Made by a program: the position numbers and the translations under genes. This document shows, one piece after another, positions 1-12,335 of a stretch of 64,000 bases of DNA. The notes under the pieces were generated by a model that did no database searches, was not told where the DNA came from, and saw only the letters and a program-made list of their open reading frames with translations. The DNA comes from an uncultured Acidimicrobiaceae bacterium. Its GTDB lineage: Bacteria > Actinomycetota > Acidimicrobiia > Spongiisociales > UBA5794. Positions within the stretch are counted from its first letter, which is position 1. Each line of letters starts with the position of its first letter. The stretch spans positions 31,763-95,762 of the forward strand of contig CAYLVM010000002.1 of assembly GCA_964387145.1 (NCBI GenBank), read 5' to 3'.

Positions 1-838
1 CGATCTTGGAGGTGATTCGGTCGCGAGATACCTGGTATGGAATCTCCGACACGATGATCGCTATACGGCCCTTGCGGATCTCGATGACATCTGTCACAGA
101 ACGCATTCTGATGGAACCGCGCCCGGTCATCAGGGCATCGTGAACGCCCTTGTTCCCGAGGATGTAGGCGCCTGTCGGGAAGTCCGGGCCCTTGACGAAC
201 TCCATGAGATCGTCGACTGTTGCCTCTGAGTGATCGAGTGCATAGAGAACTGCGTCGATCACCTCACCGAGGTTGTGCGGAGCCATGTTCGTCGCCATGC
301 CCACGGCGATACCAGTTGAACCGTTGACCAGCAGGTTCGGGAAACGTGAAGGCAACGCCGTTGGTTCCTCACGCTCGCCGGAGTAGTTGTCACGGAAGTC
401 GACGGTGTCCTCGTCGATGCCGTCGAGCATGTGTGCGGAGAGTTTCGCAAGGCGAGCCTCTGTGTACCTCATCGCTGCCGGTGGGTCATCCACCGTCCCG
501 AAGTTGCCCTGAGGGTCGACGAGTGGATGCCGTGAAGCGAAGTCCTGACCGAGGCGAACCAACGAGTCGTAGACGGCTTCGGGTGCGTGGGGGTGGAACC
601 AGCCGACAACGTCACCGACGACGCGGGAGCACTTGCGGTACGGGGTCCCTGGACGGATACCGCTGTCCCACATCGAGTAGAGCACTCTGCGGTGGACGGG
701 TTTCAGGCCGTCTCGCACATCGGGGAGGGCACGCGACACGATGACGGACATTGCGTACTCGAGGAACGAGTCGCGCATCTCCTTCTCGATATCGATGTGT
801 TCGAATACTTCTTGTGGGTTCTGATCTTCGTTGGACAT
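1..838 (-). CDS. gyrA: DNA gyrase subunit A, N-terminal 279 codons (3' end beyond window start)
   Basis: Reverse-strand translation from ATG at 838 gives [54 protein letters not shown]..., a typical GyrA N-terminus; open to the window edge and lies directly downstream of gyrB. Confidence 0.9.
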   Translation of the reverse strand, partial: MSNEDQNPQEVFEHIDIEKEMRDSFLEYAMSVIVSRALPDVRDGLKPVHRRVLYSMWDSGIRPGTPYRKCSRVVGDVVGWFHPHAPEAVYDSLVRLGQDFASRHPLVDPQGNFGTVDDPPAAMRYTEARLAKLSAHMLDGIDEDTVDFRDNYSGEREEPTALPSRFPNLLVNGSTGIAVGMATNMAPHNLGEVIDAVLYALDHSEATVDDLMEFVKGPDFPTGAYILGNKGVHDALMTGRGSIRMRSVTDVIEIRKGRIAIIVSEIPYQVSRDRITSKI

Positions 839-853
839 GGTCGCTCGCTCGCC

Positions 854-2860
<2,007 letters not shown>

Positions 2861-2902
2861 TCAGGGCTGAAAACCCCTTGTCTACCGGCACGAATAGGTG
2901 AT

Positions 2903-3229
2903 TCAGGGGGACCCGATCTGTAGTCGAATCGACTGCACCAGGTCGTCACCGTACTCGCGTGAAATCACCGCGAGAAGGGCCTCGGTCTGGTACCTCAGCA
3001 GGGACCCGATCGTCCCATCGGGAACTGCTACGAGGAGCACGCCATCGCGCACGCCGATCGGTTCCCCGGCCTTCCAGTCGCCCGGCGCAAACGAACTCCA
3101 GGTATCGATCATCTCGGCCTGGCGAACATCGACACCGGCGGCAGCACCCTCGATCACCGATCCGAGGACCTGGCTGATCTCGGTGAGTTGTTTCTGTGGT
3201 CCATTGGTGAGGTACTTGGCTCGCATCAC
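2903..3229 (-). CDS. DUF721 / DciA-like protein (Rv0004-like)
   Basis: 108 aa ORF between recF and gyrB, the conserved position of the DUF721 protein in actinobacterial oriC regions. Confidence 0.55.
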   Translation of the reverse strand: MMRAKYLTNGPQKQLTEISQVLGSVIEGAAAGVDVRQAEMIDTWSSFAPGDWKAGEPIGVRDGVLLVAVPDGTIGSLLRYQTEALLAVISREYGDDLVQSIRLQIGSP

Positions 3230-4314
3230 ACTACTTCTCCATCTCTGACCGACCAGCGGCGTCCTTCGATCGGTACTTCATCTTCGCGTGCGGTTGTGAC
3301 AAATACCTGACCCGCGGGCATGAGCGACAGGACCCGTCTCGCTCGATCGATGTCGAGTTCGGAGAAGACGTCATCGAGGAGAAGGATCGGAGTCTGATTG
3401 CGGATCGTCTCGATCAGTCGGTACGCCCCGACCCGAAGAGCGAGAGCGACCGTGCGTTGTTCACCCTGGGACGCTCTCGTTCGCGTTTGGCGTCCATCGA
3501 GGAGGAGGTCCGGTTCGTCCCGATGGGGGCCCACCGTCGTCGTTCTGATCTCGAGGTCCCTGTGTCGTCGCTCCTGAAGGCTCGATCGCAACGCTTCGAC
3601 GAGTTCCGTCAGGTCTGACTCGCCATCCGATACCCACCCAGAGCGGTACTCCCATCTCAATACGCCACTTCCACCCACGACGTGATAGGCCTCCATCATC
3701 TCGTCCTGGAGTTCGGCGGTCACGGACCGCCGGTGTATCAGAACCCTGGCGCCGGCATCGGCAAGGCGCTCATCCCATACGTCGAGAGAAACGGGATCTG
3801 TGTGTCTTCCTCCCTGCTTGATGAGCGAGTTGCGTTGTCGAAGCGCCCGCTCGTAGTCACTCAGATCCGCCCCTGCTTGCGGCCACAGTCGCGATGCCAG
3901 GTCGTCGAGATAGTCACGACGCATGCCGGGACCACGCTTGACCACGTCGAGGTCGTCGGGAAGGAACGCCACGACGGGGACACTCAGCAGCACGTCTCTG
4001 ACTCGCTTTGGACGCTTTCCATTCACCAGGATCGTGCGACGACCCTTGGCTGGGATCTCGACCTCGACCGTCAGCTCGGTCGCCCCGCCCCCGACTCCTC
4101 CGCGCAGGACCGCTGCATCAGTCCCGTCTCGTACGAGCGCCGTGTCGGGTACGGATCGAAACGATCGCATCGTTCCGAAGTATCCGATCGCCTCGAGGAC
4201 CGACGTCTTGCCGGCTCCGTTGTCACCCACGAGGACGTTGACTCCTGGCACCGGTTCGAAGCGAAGGGTCTCGTAGGAGCGGAGATCCTTGAGCTCCATC
4301 CAGACGAGGTGCAT
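3226..4314 (-). CDS. recF: DNA replication and repair protein RecF
   Basis: 362 aa; Walker A GDNGAGKTSVLEAI; position after dnaN. Confidence 0.9.
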   Translation of the reverse strand: MHLVWMELKDLRSYETLRFEPVPGVNVLVGDNGAGKTSVLEAIGYFGTMRSFRSVPDTALVRDGTDAAVLRGGVGGGATELTVEVEIPAKGRRTILVNGKRPKRVRDVLLSVPVVAFLPDDLDVVKRGPGMRRDYLDDLASRLWPQAGADLSDYERALRQRNSLIKQGGRHTDPVSLDVWDERLADAGARVLIHRRSVTAELQDEMMEAYHVVGGSGVLRWEYRSGWVSDGESDLTELVEALRSSLQERRHRDLEIRTTTVGPHRDEPDLLLDGRQTRTRASQGEQRTVALALRVGAYRLIETIRNQTPILLLDDVFSELDIDRARRVLSLMPAGQVFVTTAREDEVPIEGRRWSVRDGEVV

Positions 4315-4321
4315 ACCCCGC

Positions 4322-5401
4322 TCAGAGGCGCACGGGCATCAACAGATACCGGAAATCGACCTTGTCTGCTCCGTGAATGAGTCCTGGCTTGAGTGGATCA
4401 CTCGTCTCGATCACGATCCGTTCGTCGTCGACGGCAGTGATGCCATCGGTCAGGTACCTCGTGTTGAACGCGATCGTCATGTCCTCGCCGCTGTACTCAC
4501 CTTCGAGAAGTTCGGTTGCCTCTCCCACTTCCTGGCGAATGACACTCAACTCGACACCGCCGCTGTGCATTGCAAGACGAACGGGGATGTGATCCTCGGC
4601 GACGAGTGCCGCACGGCCGACTGCATCGAGCAGCGCTGCCTTCTCGAGAACGAGCCTGTTCGAGTGTCCCTCCGGGAGGAGTTGCCGGTAATTCGGGAAC
4701 GTCGCATCGATCACACGGACGGTCAAGCGACCGTGATCGGTCACGAAAGTCGCCTCGCGCTCCCCGAGCGCAACCTTCATCTTGCCAACGCCGACGGTCT
4801 TGCCGAGCTCCCGAAGGGCACGGTACGGCACCAGCCGAGACCTCTCCGTCGTCACACCGGGAACATCCTTGACGGCGAGGCGGTACGAGTCCGTCGCAAC
4901 GAGACGCAGTGCGTCGTCGTTCGCCTCGAACAGCACACCGGTGAGCGTCGGACGGGCATCGTCGGAGGACGCAGCAACACCGACCTGGCTCAGGGCACGG
5001 GTGAGATCTCCACCATCGACGGTCACCGCATCGGTGATATCGGCATCGGTGATCTTGGGGTAATCGTCGACTGCCATCTCACGAAGCTTGAACCGCGGAC
5101 CACTTCCCGTGATCTCGACCTCTCCCTCGTTCGATGCAAGCGTCACCGCTCCCGGCGGGAGCTTGCGCACAGCCTCAGCTGCCAACTTTGCTGGGATGAC
5201 CGTCTTGCCCTCGTCGGTCACCTCTACTTCGAGATACGTCCGAACCGTGATCTCGTTGTCCGTACCCGTCACGGTCAGTTTTCCGCCGACGACGTCGCAC
5301 AGAACACCCTGGAGAATCGGGAGTGGTGATCTCGTGCCGACCGCTCGTGCTGCTCTCACGAGCACGTCGGCCAGATCGTCTCGTTCCGCTCTGATTCGCA
5401 C
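4322..5401 (-). CDS. dnaN: DNA polymerase III beta sliding clamp
   Basis: 359 aa; beta-clamp-like sequence; canonical position downstream of dnaA. Confidence 0.93.
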   Translation of the reverse strand: MRIRAERDDLADVLVRAARAVGTRSPLPILQGVLCDVVGGKLTVTGTDNEITVRTYLEVEVTDEGKTVIPAKLAAEAVRKLPPGAVTLASNEGEVEITGSGPRFKLREMAVDDYPKITDADITDAVTVDGGDLTRALSQVGVAASSDDARPTLTGVLFEANDDALRLVATDSYRLAVKDVPGVTTERSRLVPYRALRELGKTVGVGKMKVALGEREATFVTDHGRLTVRVIDATFPNYRQLLPEGHSNRLVLEKAALLDAVGRAALVAEDHIPVRLAMHSGGVELSVIRQEVGEATELLEGEYSGEDMTIAFNTRYLTDGITAVDDERIVIETSDPLKPGLIHGADKVDFRYLLMPVRL

Positions 5402-5588
5402 TTTGTTCTTCCTCTGCTGTTGCTGCTGTTTGTATATCTAAAGAGTAGAAGTAGTAGTAGGGGCTGTGGATTGTGGAGATCTCCAGGAAACCGTTGGTAT
5501 TGCTACATCTCTCATCCACAGGGGGTGTGGATAGATGACACGATATCCACTGTTGTGAAACCATGCCCAGCCGACCTGTGGAAGAATC
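5402..5588. promoter_or_regulatory. oriC-like dnaA-dnaN intergenic region: AT-rich stretch plus several DnaA-box-like 9-mers
   Basis: Sequence shows TGTGGATTGTGGAG, TCATCCACAGGGGGTGTGGATAG, ATATCCACT, TGTGGAAG (TTATCCACA-like boxes in both orientations) next to an AT-rich tract at 5405-5460. Confidence 0.6.
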
Positions 5589-6968
5589 TCATCTTGTCCC
5601 CAGCTGTTGAGTGATGTCGGTGACCTGGTCGTAGACATCCTTGTCGGTCTGAAGGAGACCCTTGATCTTGTCGACGGCGTGCATCACGGTCGTGTGATCT
5701 CTGCCACCGAACGCCTGGCCGATCCGGGGAAGCGACAGCCCTGTGTGTTCCCGACAAACGTACATGGCGATCTGCCTCTGCCTGGCGAGAGGTTGGCGCC
5801 GCGAACTGCCGGTGAGCTCGGATCGAGGTATCTCGTAGTACTGCCCTACCGAGGAGATGATGATGTCGGCCGTCAGAGGTTCCTCGGACTGAAGACGGAC
5901 AACGTCTCTCAGAACCGACGAGGCGAGTTCGAGGGTGACGCGTTCGTGTGTCAACGTCGAGAATGCGGTGACACGGGTCAAGGCCCCCTCGAGCTCACGG
6001 ATGTTGTCCGCAACGTTCTGGGCGATGAACTCGAGGACGGTATCGGGAACCGGCGTCGTCGTTTCCGAAGCGTTCTTTCGCAGGATCGCCAGCCGCGTCT
6101 CTATGTCAGGACTCTGGATGTCGGTGGTGAGCCCCCACTCGAAGCGGCTCCGCAACCTGTTCTCGAGTGTGCGGAGGTCGCGAGGAGAGCGATCCGAAGA
6201 GATGACGAGCTGGTTCCCAGCCTCGTAGAGCGAGTTGAACGTGTGGAAGAACTCCTCGAGCACCTGCTCCTTGCCTTCGAAGAACTGCACGTCGTCGAGG
6301 AGCAGCAGGTTCACCTTGCGGTAGCGATCCTTGAAGTTCTCCATCCGCTTGCGCCGGATCGAGTTGATGAAATCGTTGAAGAACGCCTCCGAAGTCACAT
6401 ACCTCACCGTTGCCGTCGGATCGAGTTCGAGACGGTGTTGGCCGACGGCGTGGAGAAGGTGCGTTTTTCCGAGGCCAGCGCTCGCGTAGATGAAGAGGGG
6501 GTTGTAGTGGCGTCCGGGCTGCTCTGCGACGGCCTGGGCTGCAGCATGTGCGAAGCGGTTGGACTGCCCGACGACGAAGTTCTCGAACGAGTATCGGGCA
6601 ACGAGGTTGGTCGTGACGGGGAAGCCGCCGTCGCCGGGAGGTGTCGTGTTGAACGTCGCTTGGAATGGGGCCGGCTCATCGGTTGCTACCGGAACCGGTG
6701 GAGCCGGGGCGACCTCGATCGATATCTCGAGCGGTTCGGCCCACACGGAGGCCGCGATCTCGTTGAGTTGATGTGTGTAGTTGTCCTCGACCCATGTGGC
6801 GTTGAAGCGGTTCGGCGCCACGAGTATCAGGGTCCCGTCATCGACGGACGCGGTCAGCGGCCGGATCCAGGTTTCCCACTTCGCAATACCGATGACGTCT
6901 CTCAGGCGACTGTGAAAAAGCTCAATTTGAGCGTCCACGGCCCCACGAGGTGTCTGTGTGACTCCCAC
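5589..6968 (-). CDS. dnaA: Chromosomal replication initiator DnaA
   Basis: 459 aa; AAA+ motifs (LFIYASAGLGKTHLLHA, LLLDDVQF) and C-terminal DNA-binding domain. Confidence 0.95.
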   Translation of the reverse strand: MGVTQTPRGAVDAQIELFHSRLRDVIGIAKWETWIRPLTASVDDGTLILVAPNRFNATWVEDNYTHQLNEIAASVWAEPLEISIEVAPAPPVPVATDEPAPFQATFNTTPPGDGGFPVTTNLVARYSFENFVVGQSNRFAHAAAQAVAEQPGRHYNPLFIYASAGLGKTHLLHAVGQHRLELDPTATVRYVTSEAFFNDFINSIRRKRMENFKDRYRKVNLLLLDDVQFFEGKEQVLEEFFHTFNSLYEAGNQLVISSDRSPRDLRTLENRLRSRFEWGLTTDIQSPDIETRLAILRKNASETTTPVPDTVLEFIAQNVADNIRELEGALTRVTAFSTLTHERVTLELASSVLRDVVRLQSEEPLTADIIISSVGQYYEIPRSELTGSSRRQPLARQRQIAMYVCREHTGLSLPRIGQAFGGRDHTTVMHAVDKIKGLLQTDKDVYDQVTDITQQLGTR

Positions 6969-7060
6969 GACTCATACTCCTTGTCAGGCTCACGCCCAGC
7001 CCGTAAAACTGTCCACACATCTATCCACAGGGTGTGGAGAAGACGTACCACGGTCACTGA
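6969..7060. promoter_or_regulatory. DnaA-box cluster upstream of dnaA (rpmH-dnaA intergenic)
   Basis: CTGTCCACACATCTATCCACAGGGTGTGGAGAAG at ~7010-7045. Confidence 0.5.
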
Positions 7061-7418
7061 CCGACCGTACTCCGTGGGGGAAGAGCGGACATCCGCCAAT
7101 GGAGCGAAGGCGAGCATAGGAACGCTTTCCCCGACACATCAAGAGCGGCAAATCCGCGGGTACCTTCGACGAGAGGCGAACGAGCGACTCTCCAAAACCT
7201 CCGTTGTCACAAGGGTTTTCGGGGGTCGGTGCGGCCGCCGTCTTCGTGCCCATTTCGGGAGATTCCACTGAAAATGCCCTCTCCTGTGTTTCGCGACCCC
7301 TCCGTAGTTTTCGCGTCCTATCGCGGAGGTGTCGTTTCGGTGCGGACGTCCCTAGAATATCCCCGTTCCGTGGCTGTACGGATGTACCGCGACTCCCCCC
7401 AACCAGGGATTACCTCAA

Positions 7419-7553
7419 ATGAAGCGTACCTATCAACCAAACAACCGCCGCCGCAAGCGCAAGCACGGTTTCCGTTCGCGCATGCGCACACGTTCGGGAC
7501 GGGCGCTACTACGGCGCCGTCGTTCCAAGGGCCGTCACGAACTCTCCGCGTAG
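7419..7553 (+). CDS. rpmH: 50S ribosomal protein L34
   Basis: 44 aa [44 protein letters not shown]; absent from the ORF track because it is shorter than 60 aa. Confidence 0.88.
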   Translation: MKRTYQPNNRRRKRKHGFRSRMRTRSGRALLRRRRSKGRHELSA

Positions 7554-7560
7554 GGTTCTC

Positions 7561-7896
7561 TTGTACGTCTCCCTGCGTCCGGGATCGAGATTCGGACCCG
7601 TCTACCGTACGGGGTCGAGGCGCCGCAGTGGCGGGGTCGTCGTATTCCAGGCTCCTGGTGAGCACGTTGAACCAGAGACGGGGTTTGTTGCAGGGAAGAA
7701 GGTAGGCAATGCAGTTGCACGAAATAGATCCAAGCGCAGGATGCGCGAGGCTGCTCGCAGAATCGACCTCGCACCCGCAACAGCGTACGTCTTCGTCGCG
7801 ACGCGAGCGGTCCTCGACGCCCCGTTTGGGACGCTCGTCGAGTGGATGCAACAGGCCGTACTCGACGGAGCGACCGCTTTGGACGTGAGGGCGTAG
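7561..7896 (+). CDS. rnpA: Ribonuclease P protein component
   Basis: 111 aa basic protein immediately after rpmH; [19 protein letters not shown] motif. Confidence 0.85.
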   Translation: MYVSLRPGSRFGPVYRTGSRRRSGGVVVFQAPGEHVEPETGFVAGKKVGNAVARNRSKRRMREAARRIDLAPATAYVFVATRAVLDAPFGTLVEWMQQAVLDGATALDVRA

Positions 7897-7897
7897 T

Positions 7898-8185
7898 GTG
7901 ACCGATCGATCAGATGAACCTGTCTCGCCCGTCTCCCGGGTCGTGCTTGGGACGATCCGGCTGTACCAGAAGCTGATATCGCCTCTGCTGACGAGCAACT
8001 GTCGCTACCACCCGAGCTGTTCTCACTACACATATGAAGCTATCGAGATCCACGGCGCCGGCAAGGGCTCCTGGCTCGGCATCAAACGCATCGGTCGTTG
8101 TCACCCTTTCCATAAGGGTGGGGTGGATCCGGTTCCCGGATCTCCTGGAAGCATGGCTGAGACGACGAAAGGGAGCCCTTCGTGA
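7898..8185 (+). CDS. yidD: Membrane protein insertion efficiency factor YidD
   Basis: 95 aa with the conserved YQKLISPLL...[10 protein letters not shown] motif. Confidence 0.85.
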   Translation: MTDRSDEPVSPVSRVVLGTIRLYQKLISPLLTSNCRYHPSCSHYTYEAIEIHGAGKGSWLGIKRIGRCHPFHKGGVDPVPGSPGSMAETTKGSPS

Positions 8186-9120
8186 ATCCGTGGCAACTGC
8201 TGCTCGACCTCCTCGGGAGCATTCTGTCGTTCTACTACGACCTCATTCCAGAATATGGAATATCCATCATTCTTCTCACCCTGACGGTGAGCCTCCTGCT
8301 GTTCCCCCTGACGCTCAAGCAGACGAAGTCCATGCGAGCGATGCAGGAGATCCAACCAGAGGTCAAGCGCTTGCAGAAGGAGTACAAGGGAGAGAAGGAG
8401 GAGCTGAACAAGCGACTCATGGCCCTGTATCAGGAACGCGGTGTCAACCCCGCTGCAGGGTGTCTCCCCCTCGTCATCCAGATGCCTATATGGTTCGCTC
8501 TCTACCGGGTCCTGTGGCGTGGCAACGGCATCCCCTCTGGCTCGGTGCTCAGCTCGGTGATCGAGACGGCGAACAACGCCCTCTACACCGTGGATGCCTC
8601 CGGGGATCTGACAACAACGCTGAAGGCGGGTGTCGACATCGCCTCGAAGCAGTTCGACCATGTCACGTTCCTCGGCATGAACCTGATGGTTCGGCCTTCC
8701 CAGGCCGTCGACTTCGGCAATCCACTGGGTGCTCTCCCCTACCTCATCCTGATCGCCATCATCGTTGTCGCCGGGTTCTATCAGCAGGTTCAGACGACCC
8801 GCAAACGGAAGAACGCACCCGATACCGACGCTCCACAGAACTCGCAGATGCAGGGGATGCAGAACGCCATGAAGATCATGCCCGTGGTCTTCGGCTTCAT
8901 CTCCTGGAACTTCGTTGCAGGCCTCGGTCTGTACTTCGCCACATCGAACGCTTTCCGAGTAGGTCAGCAGGCCATCATCCTGCGCCAACACGGTGACGAC
9001 AACGGCGATACGAAGGGGAAGGGTGCCGAAACCGGCACCGATGAACCGTCCGACGAGCCGGAGGGCAGCGGTCCATCACCCAATGCGAGTAAGAAGCGCA
9101 ACCGCAGAAGAAGGAAGTAG
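8182..9120 (+). CDS. yidC: Membrane protein insertase YidC
   Basis: 312 aa; YidC/Oxa1 family sequence ([16 protein letters not shown]); basic C-terminal tail. Confidence 0.9.
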   Translation: MNPWQLLLDLLGSILSFYYDLIPEYGISIILLTLTVSLLLFPLTLKQTKSMRAMQEIQPEVKRLQKEYKGEKEELNKRLMALYQERGVNPAAGCLPLVIQMPIWFALYRVLWRGNGIPSGSVLSSVIETANNALYTVDASGDLTTTLKAGVDIASKQFDHVTFLGMNLMVRPSQAVDFGNPLGALPYLILIAIIVVAGFYQQVQTTRKRKNAPDTDAPQNSQMQGMQNAMKIMPVVFGFISWNFVAGLGLYFATSNAFRVGQQAIILRQHGDDNGDTKGKGAETGTDEPSDEPEGSGPSPNASKKRNRRRRK

Positions 9121-9124
9121 CCCG

Positions 9125-10006
9125 ATGGAGTGGGTCGAAGTACAGGGGAAGACCGTCGAGCTCGCCGTAGAAGTGGCGCTCGGCGAACTCGGTATCGAAT
9201 CGAAGGACGATGCACAGATCGAGGTGATCCAGGATCCTAAACCCGGGTTTCTCGGTATGGGAGGCCGCGAAGCCATCGTGAAGGTGACGCGTGCACCCAA
9301 ACAACGTCGCAAACGTCGTCGGAGTCGCGGGTCAAAGGGCTCGGACAAATCCGATGGAGCAGGCCAGCAGGGGAACGGAGCCAAGAAGCCGTCCCAGGAA
9401 CGATCCGGAAAGGATCAGAAGGGTCCGCAGAAGTCGAAGCCCAAGCAACAGCAGAAGAACAATGAGAAGCGACGTCAGGAGAAGAAGGTGTCGGAACCAA
9501 ACACAGCGTCGCAGCAGCCGCGCGATGATCGCCCGGAACAAGCACCCATCGAGGAACAAGCAGAGGTAGCCGCTGCCTTTGTCCGAGGGCTCCTCGGCGC
9601 CTTCGGCCTCGAGGGAGAAGTGGTGACTCGTATCGAGGACGAGGTCCTCTACCTCGACGTCAGCGGGGAACAGACAGAAGCACTCATCGGGCCGAAAGGG
9701 TCGGTGATGCACTCCGTTCTCGAGTTGACGCGAACCGTCGTCCAGCGCAAGACGTACGGCGCACCTCGTATGAGAATCGATATCGGTGGCTACCTCGAAC
9801 GGCGCCGCGAAGCCCTCAAGATCTACGCAGGCAAACTTGCCGAGCAGGTGATCGAGGACAAGAACGAGATCATGCTTGAACCGATGAACGCAGCCGACCG
9901 TAAGGTGGTCCACGACGCCGTCGCGGAGATCGAGGGCGTTCGGTCCTACTCCGAAGGGGAGGATCCCCGTCGTGCGGTCGTACTGGCATACAACGGCGAC
10001 GAGTAA
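9125..10006 (+). CDS. jag: Jag/KhpB-like RNA-binding protein (Jag_N, KH, R3H)
   Basis: MEWVEVQGKTVELAVEVALGELG N-terminus typical of Jag; lysine-rich linker; R3H-like C-terminus; conserved position after yidC. Confidence 0.8.
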   Translation: MEWVEVQGKTVELAVEVALGELGIESKDDAQIEVIQDPKPGFLGMGGREAIVKVTRAPKQRRKRRRSRGSKGSDKSDGAGQQGNGAKKPSQERSGKDQKGPQKSKPKQQQKNNEKRRQEKKVSEPNTASQQPRDDRPEQAPIEEQAEVAAAFVRGLLGAFGLEGEVVTRIEDEVLYLDVSGEQTEALIGPKGSVMHSVLELTRTVVQRKTYGAPRMRIDIGGYLERRREALKIYAGKLAEQVIEDKNEIMLEPMNAADRKVVHDAVAEIEGVRSYSEGEDPRRAVVLAYNGDE

Positions 10007-10011
10007 CGACA

Positions 10012-10027
10012 GGTTTCACGTGAAACG
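10012..10027. promoter_or_regulatory. parS site 1 (GTTTCACGTGAAAC core)
   Basis: Perfect 14-bp palindrome matching the parS consensus tGTTTCACGTGAAACa. Confidence 0.8.
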
Positions 10028-10052
10028 GCATTTGGCCTGATTCCAGGTGCGA

Positions 10053-10068
10053 GGTTTCACGTGAAACG
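10053..10068. promoter_or_regulatory. parS site 2 (GTTTCACGTGAAAC core), overlaps the rsmG start codon
   Basis: Second identical palindrome 40 bp after the first. Confidence 0.8.
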
Positions 10069-10687
10069 GTCCGACGCCGCATTCGAGCGAGTGGCCCGCT
10101 GGTTGGAGATCCCACTGGATCTCAACCAGCGGGCCTTGCTTGTGCGGTATGAGGAGTGGTTGGGGACGGAGGCGGTCAGTGCTGGAGGTATCGGACCGCA
10201 CGAGGTCGATCGATTGTTCGACCGGCACATCCTCGACTCACTCGCCTATCTCAGAGGTTGTCCGATGGAGGCCTCCACGCTACTCGACGTTGGCGGCGGG
10301 GTGGGCCTGCCGTCGATCCCGATCGCTGTTGCACGACCCGATCTTGCAGTGACGATGGTCGACAGGTCGGAGAACAGATCGCGACTCGCGCGACGCGCTC
10401 TTCGCATCCTCGGAATCACGAACGTCGAGGTGGCCACGGTGGATGTGGATGCTCTGTCGGATCGGTTCGACACGGTGACGTTCCGGGCCTCGTTGAGGAT
10501 CGAGGACGCTGCCCGGGCCACGGTCAAGCTGACGGGGCCCCAGGGCGTTGGAGTATTCGGGGTGTCGCGGCGTCCCGAGGAGCCGACGATCCCTAGCGCG
10601 CCGGCGGGTGTTACCTTCACCCTGTCATCCGAGGGCAGCGGGGTCCTTGACTCGCCGTTCTGGCTCCTTAGGATGCAACGTACCTGA
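10061..10687 (+). CDS. rsmG: 16S rRNA (guanine527-N7)-methyltransferase RsmG/GidB
   Basis: 208 aa; SAM methyltransferase motif LLDVGGGVGLPSIPIA; conserved position before parAB. Confidence 0.85.
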   Translation: MKRSDAAFERVARWLEIPLDLNQRALLVRYEEWLGTEAVSAGGIGPHEVDRLFDRHILDSLAYLRGCPMEASTLLDVGGGVGLPSIPIAVARPDLAVTMVDRSENRSRLARRALRILGITNVEVATVDVDALSDRFDTVTFRASLRIEDAARATVKLTGPQGVGVFGVSRRPEEPTIPSAPAGVTFTLSSEGSGVLDSPFWLLRMQRT

Positions 10688-10714
10688 CCGATTTACCGAG
10701 GAGCACACCCGACG

Positions 10715-11491
10715 ATGTCTCAGGGAAAGATCGTGGCGATCGCCAACCAGAAGGGTGGTGTGGGCAAGTCCACAACCGCCATCAACCTGGGGGCGGGCCT
10801 CGCCTTCCAGGATGAGCGGATCCTGATCGTCGACCTGGATCCCCAGGGGAATACGACTTCGGGACTCGGCATCGATCGAAACTCCATCGATCAGTCGATG
10901 TACGACGTCCTCGTGGAGGGTACGGGCATGGAGGATGTCCTTGAGCCGACATCGGTGAAGGACCTCCACGTCGTGCCGGCGACGATCGAGTTGGCGGGAG
11001 CCGAGATCGAACTCGTCTCGATGATGTCGAGAGAGCAGCGACTCAAACAGGCCATTGCCCGGGTGATCGACGAGTACGATTTCATCCTCATCGACTGTCC
11101 ACCGTCTCTTGGTCTGTTGACGATCAACGGCCTGGCAGCTGCGGATGAGGTCATGATCCCGATCCAGTGCGAGTACTACGCCCTCGAGGGAGTCAGTCAG
11201 TTGACACGGAATATCGGTTTGGTCCAGGCGAACCTCAACCCTCAGCTTGAGGTTGAAGGTATCGTTCTGACGATGTTCGATGGAAGGACCACTCTTGCCA
11301 GCGACGTTGTGGCGCAGGTGAGGGAGCATTTCGGGGAGACGACGTACAAGACGGTGATACCGCGAACGGTTCGCCTGAGTGAAGCCCCGTCGTATGGAGA
11401 GCCGATCGAGGCGTACGACTCGATGTCACGAGGAGCCATCGCCTACCGGGAGTTGGCACGAGAGTTCAGGAGGCGTCATGGCCGCACGTAA
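10715..11491 (+). CDS. parA: Chromosome partitioning ATPase ParA/Soj
   Basis: 258 aa; deviant Walker A KGGVGKSTTAINLGA. Confidence 0.92.
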   Translation: MSQGKIVAIANQKGGVGKSTTAINLGAGLAFQDERILIVDLDPQGNTTSGLGIDRNSIDQSMYDVLVEGTGMEDVLEPTSVKDLHVVPATIELAGAEIELVSMMSREQRLKQAIARVIDEYDFILIDCPPSLGLLTINGLAAADEVMIPIQCEYYALEGVSQLTRNIGLVQANLNPQLEVEGIVLTMFDGRTTLASDVVAQVREHFGETTYKTVIPRTVRLSEAPSYGEPIEAYDSMSRGAIAYRELAREFRRRHGRT

Positions 11492-12335
11492 GAGTGGTTT
11501 GGGCAGGGGCCTCGATGCCCTGATCCCCCAGGAGCATCCGGAGTCCGGGTATGCGGAGATCTCGATCGATGCGATCCGTCCGAACCCGGATCAACCCCGT
11601 AGAGACTTCGACCAGGAGGCTCTCGATGCACTCGCAGCTTCTATCGCTGCGGTCGGCCTGTTGCAACCGATCGTCGTGCGTCCAGATGGTGAAGGGTATC
11701 TGCTCGTTGCTGGGGAGCGACGTTTACGCGCTTCCAAGCAGACTGGCATGGCGAGAATTCCAGCAGTCATCCGAGGTGGGTCCGAGAGTCGCTCGAACGT
11801 TACAGAGGCGTTGATCGAGAACCTTCAACGCGAGGACCTCTCCGTGCTCGAGGAGGCTGCCGCCTACGAACAGTTACTGGAAGAATATGGTATGACGCAC
11901 GAAGAGGTTGGTCACATCGTCGGAAAGAGTCGCAGTGCGGTCTCCAACACGGTTCGGCTTCTGGTACTTCCCGGCGCGATCCAGTCGATGCTGGTCGCGG
12001 GGCAGCTCACGGCGGGCCATGCAAGGGCGCTCCTTGGCACAGATGACGAGGCGTACGCGATGCACATCGCCAAGCGGGCAGTTGCAGAGGGTTGGACCGT
12101 TCGGCGCGTCGAGGAGGCGATCCGCCTGCGTTCGACGCAGACTGCTAGGTCGGGGGGATCCACCGGTTCCGTTCGGCCTGCTGCGATCATCGAACTCGAG
12201 CACAGGCTCCAGGATCGCCTTGAAACGAAGGTCAAGATCGACCACCGAGCCAAGGGCGGCAAGATCACGATCAAGTACACCTCGTCGCAGGACCTCGAGC
12301 GGATCTACCGCTACCTCTTCGACCCGTCGGGCTGA
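11478..12335 (+). CDS. parB: Chromosome partitioning protein ParB/Spo0J
   Basis: Start MAARKSGLGRGLDALIP overlaps the parA end; ParB box GERRLRAS; HTH region. Confidence 0.9.
   Translation: MAARKSGLGRGLDALIPQEHPESGYAEISIDAIRPNPDQPRRDFDQEALDALAASIAAVGLLQPIVVRPDGEGYLLVAGERRLRASKQTGMARIPAVIRGGSESRSNVTEALIENLQREDLSVLEEAAAYEQLLEEYGMTHEEVGHIVGKSRSAVSNTVRLLVLPGAIQSMLVAGQLTAGHARALLGTDDEAYAMHIAKRAVAEGWTVRRVEEAIRLRSTQTARSGGSTGSVRPAAIIELEHRLQDRLETKVKIDHRAKGGKITIKYTSSQDLERIYRYLFDPSG

Noticed and set aside
5607-7271. 554-aa plus-strand ORF
   Set aside because: Antisense to dnaA and crosses the oriC DnaA-box region; no recognisable domain.
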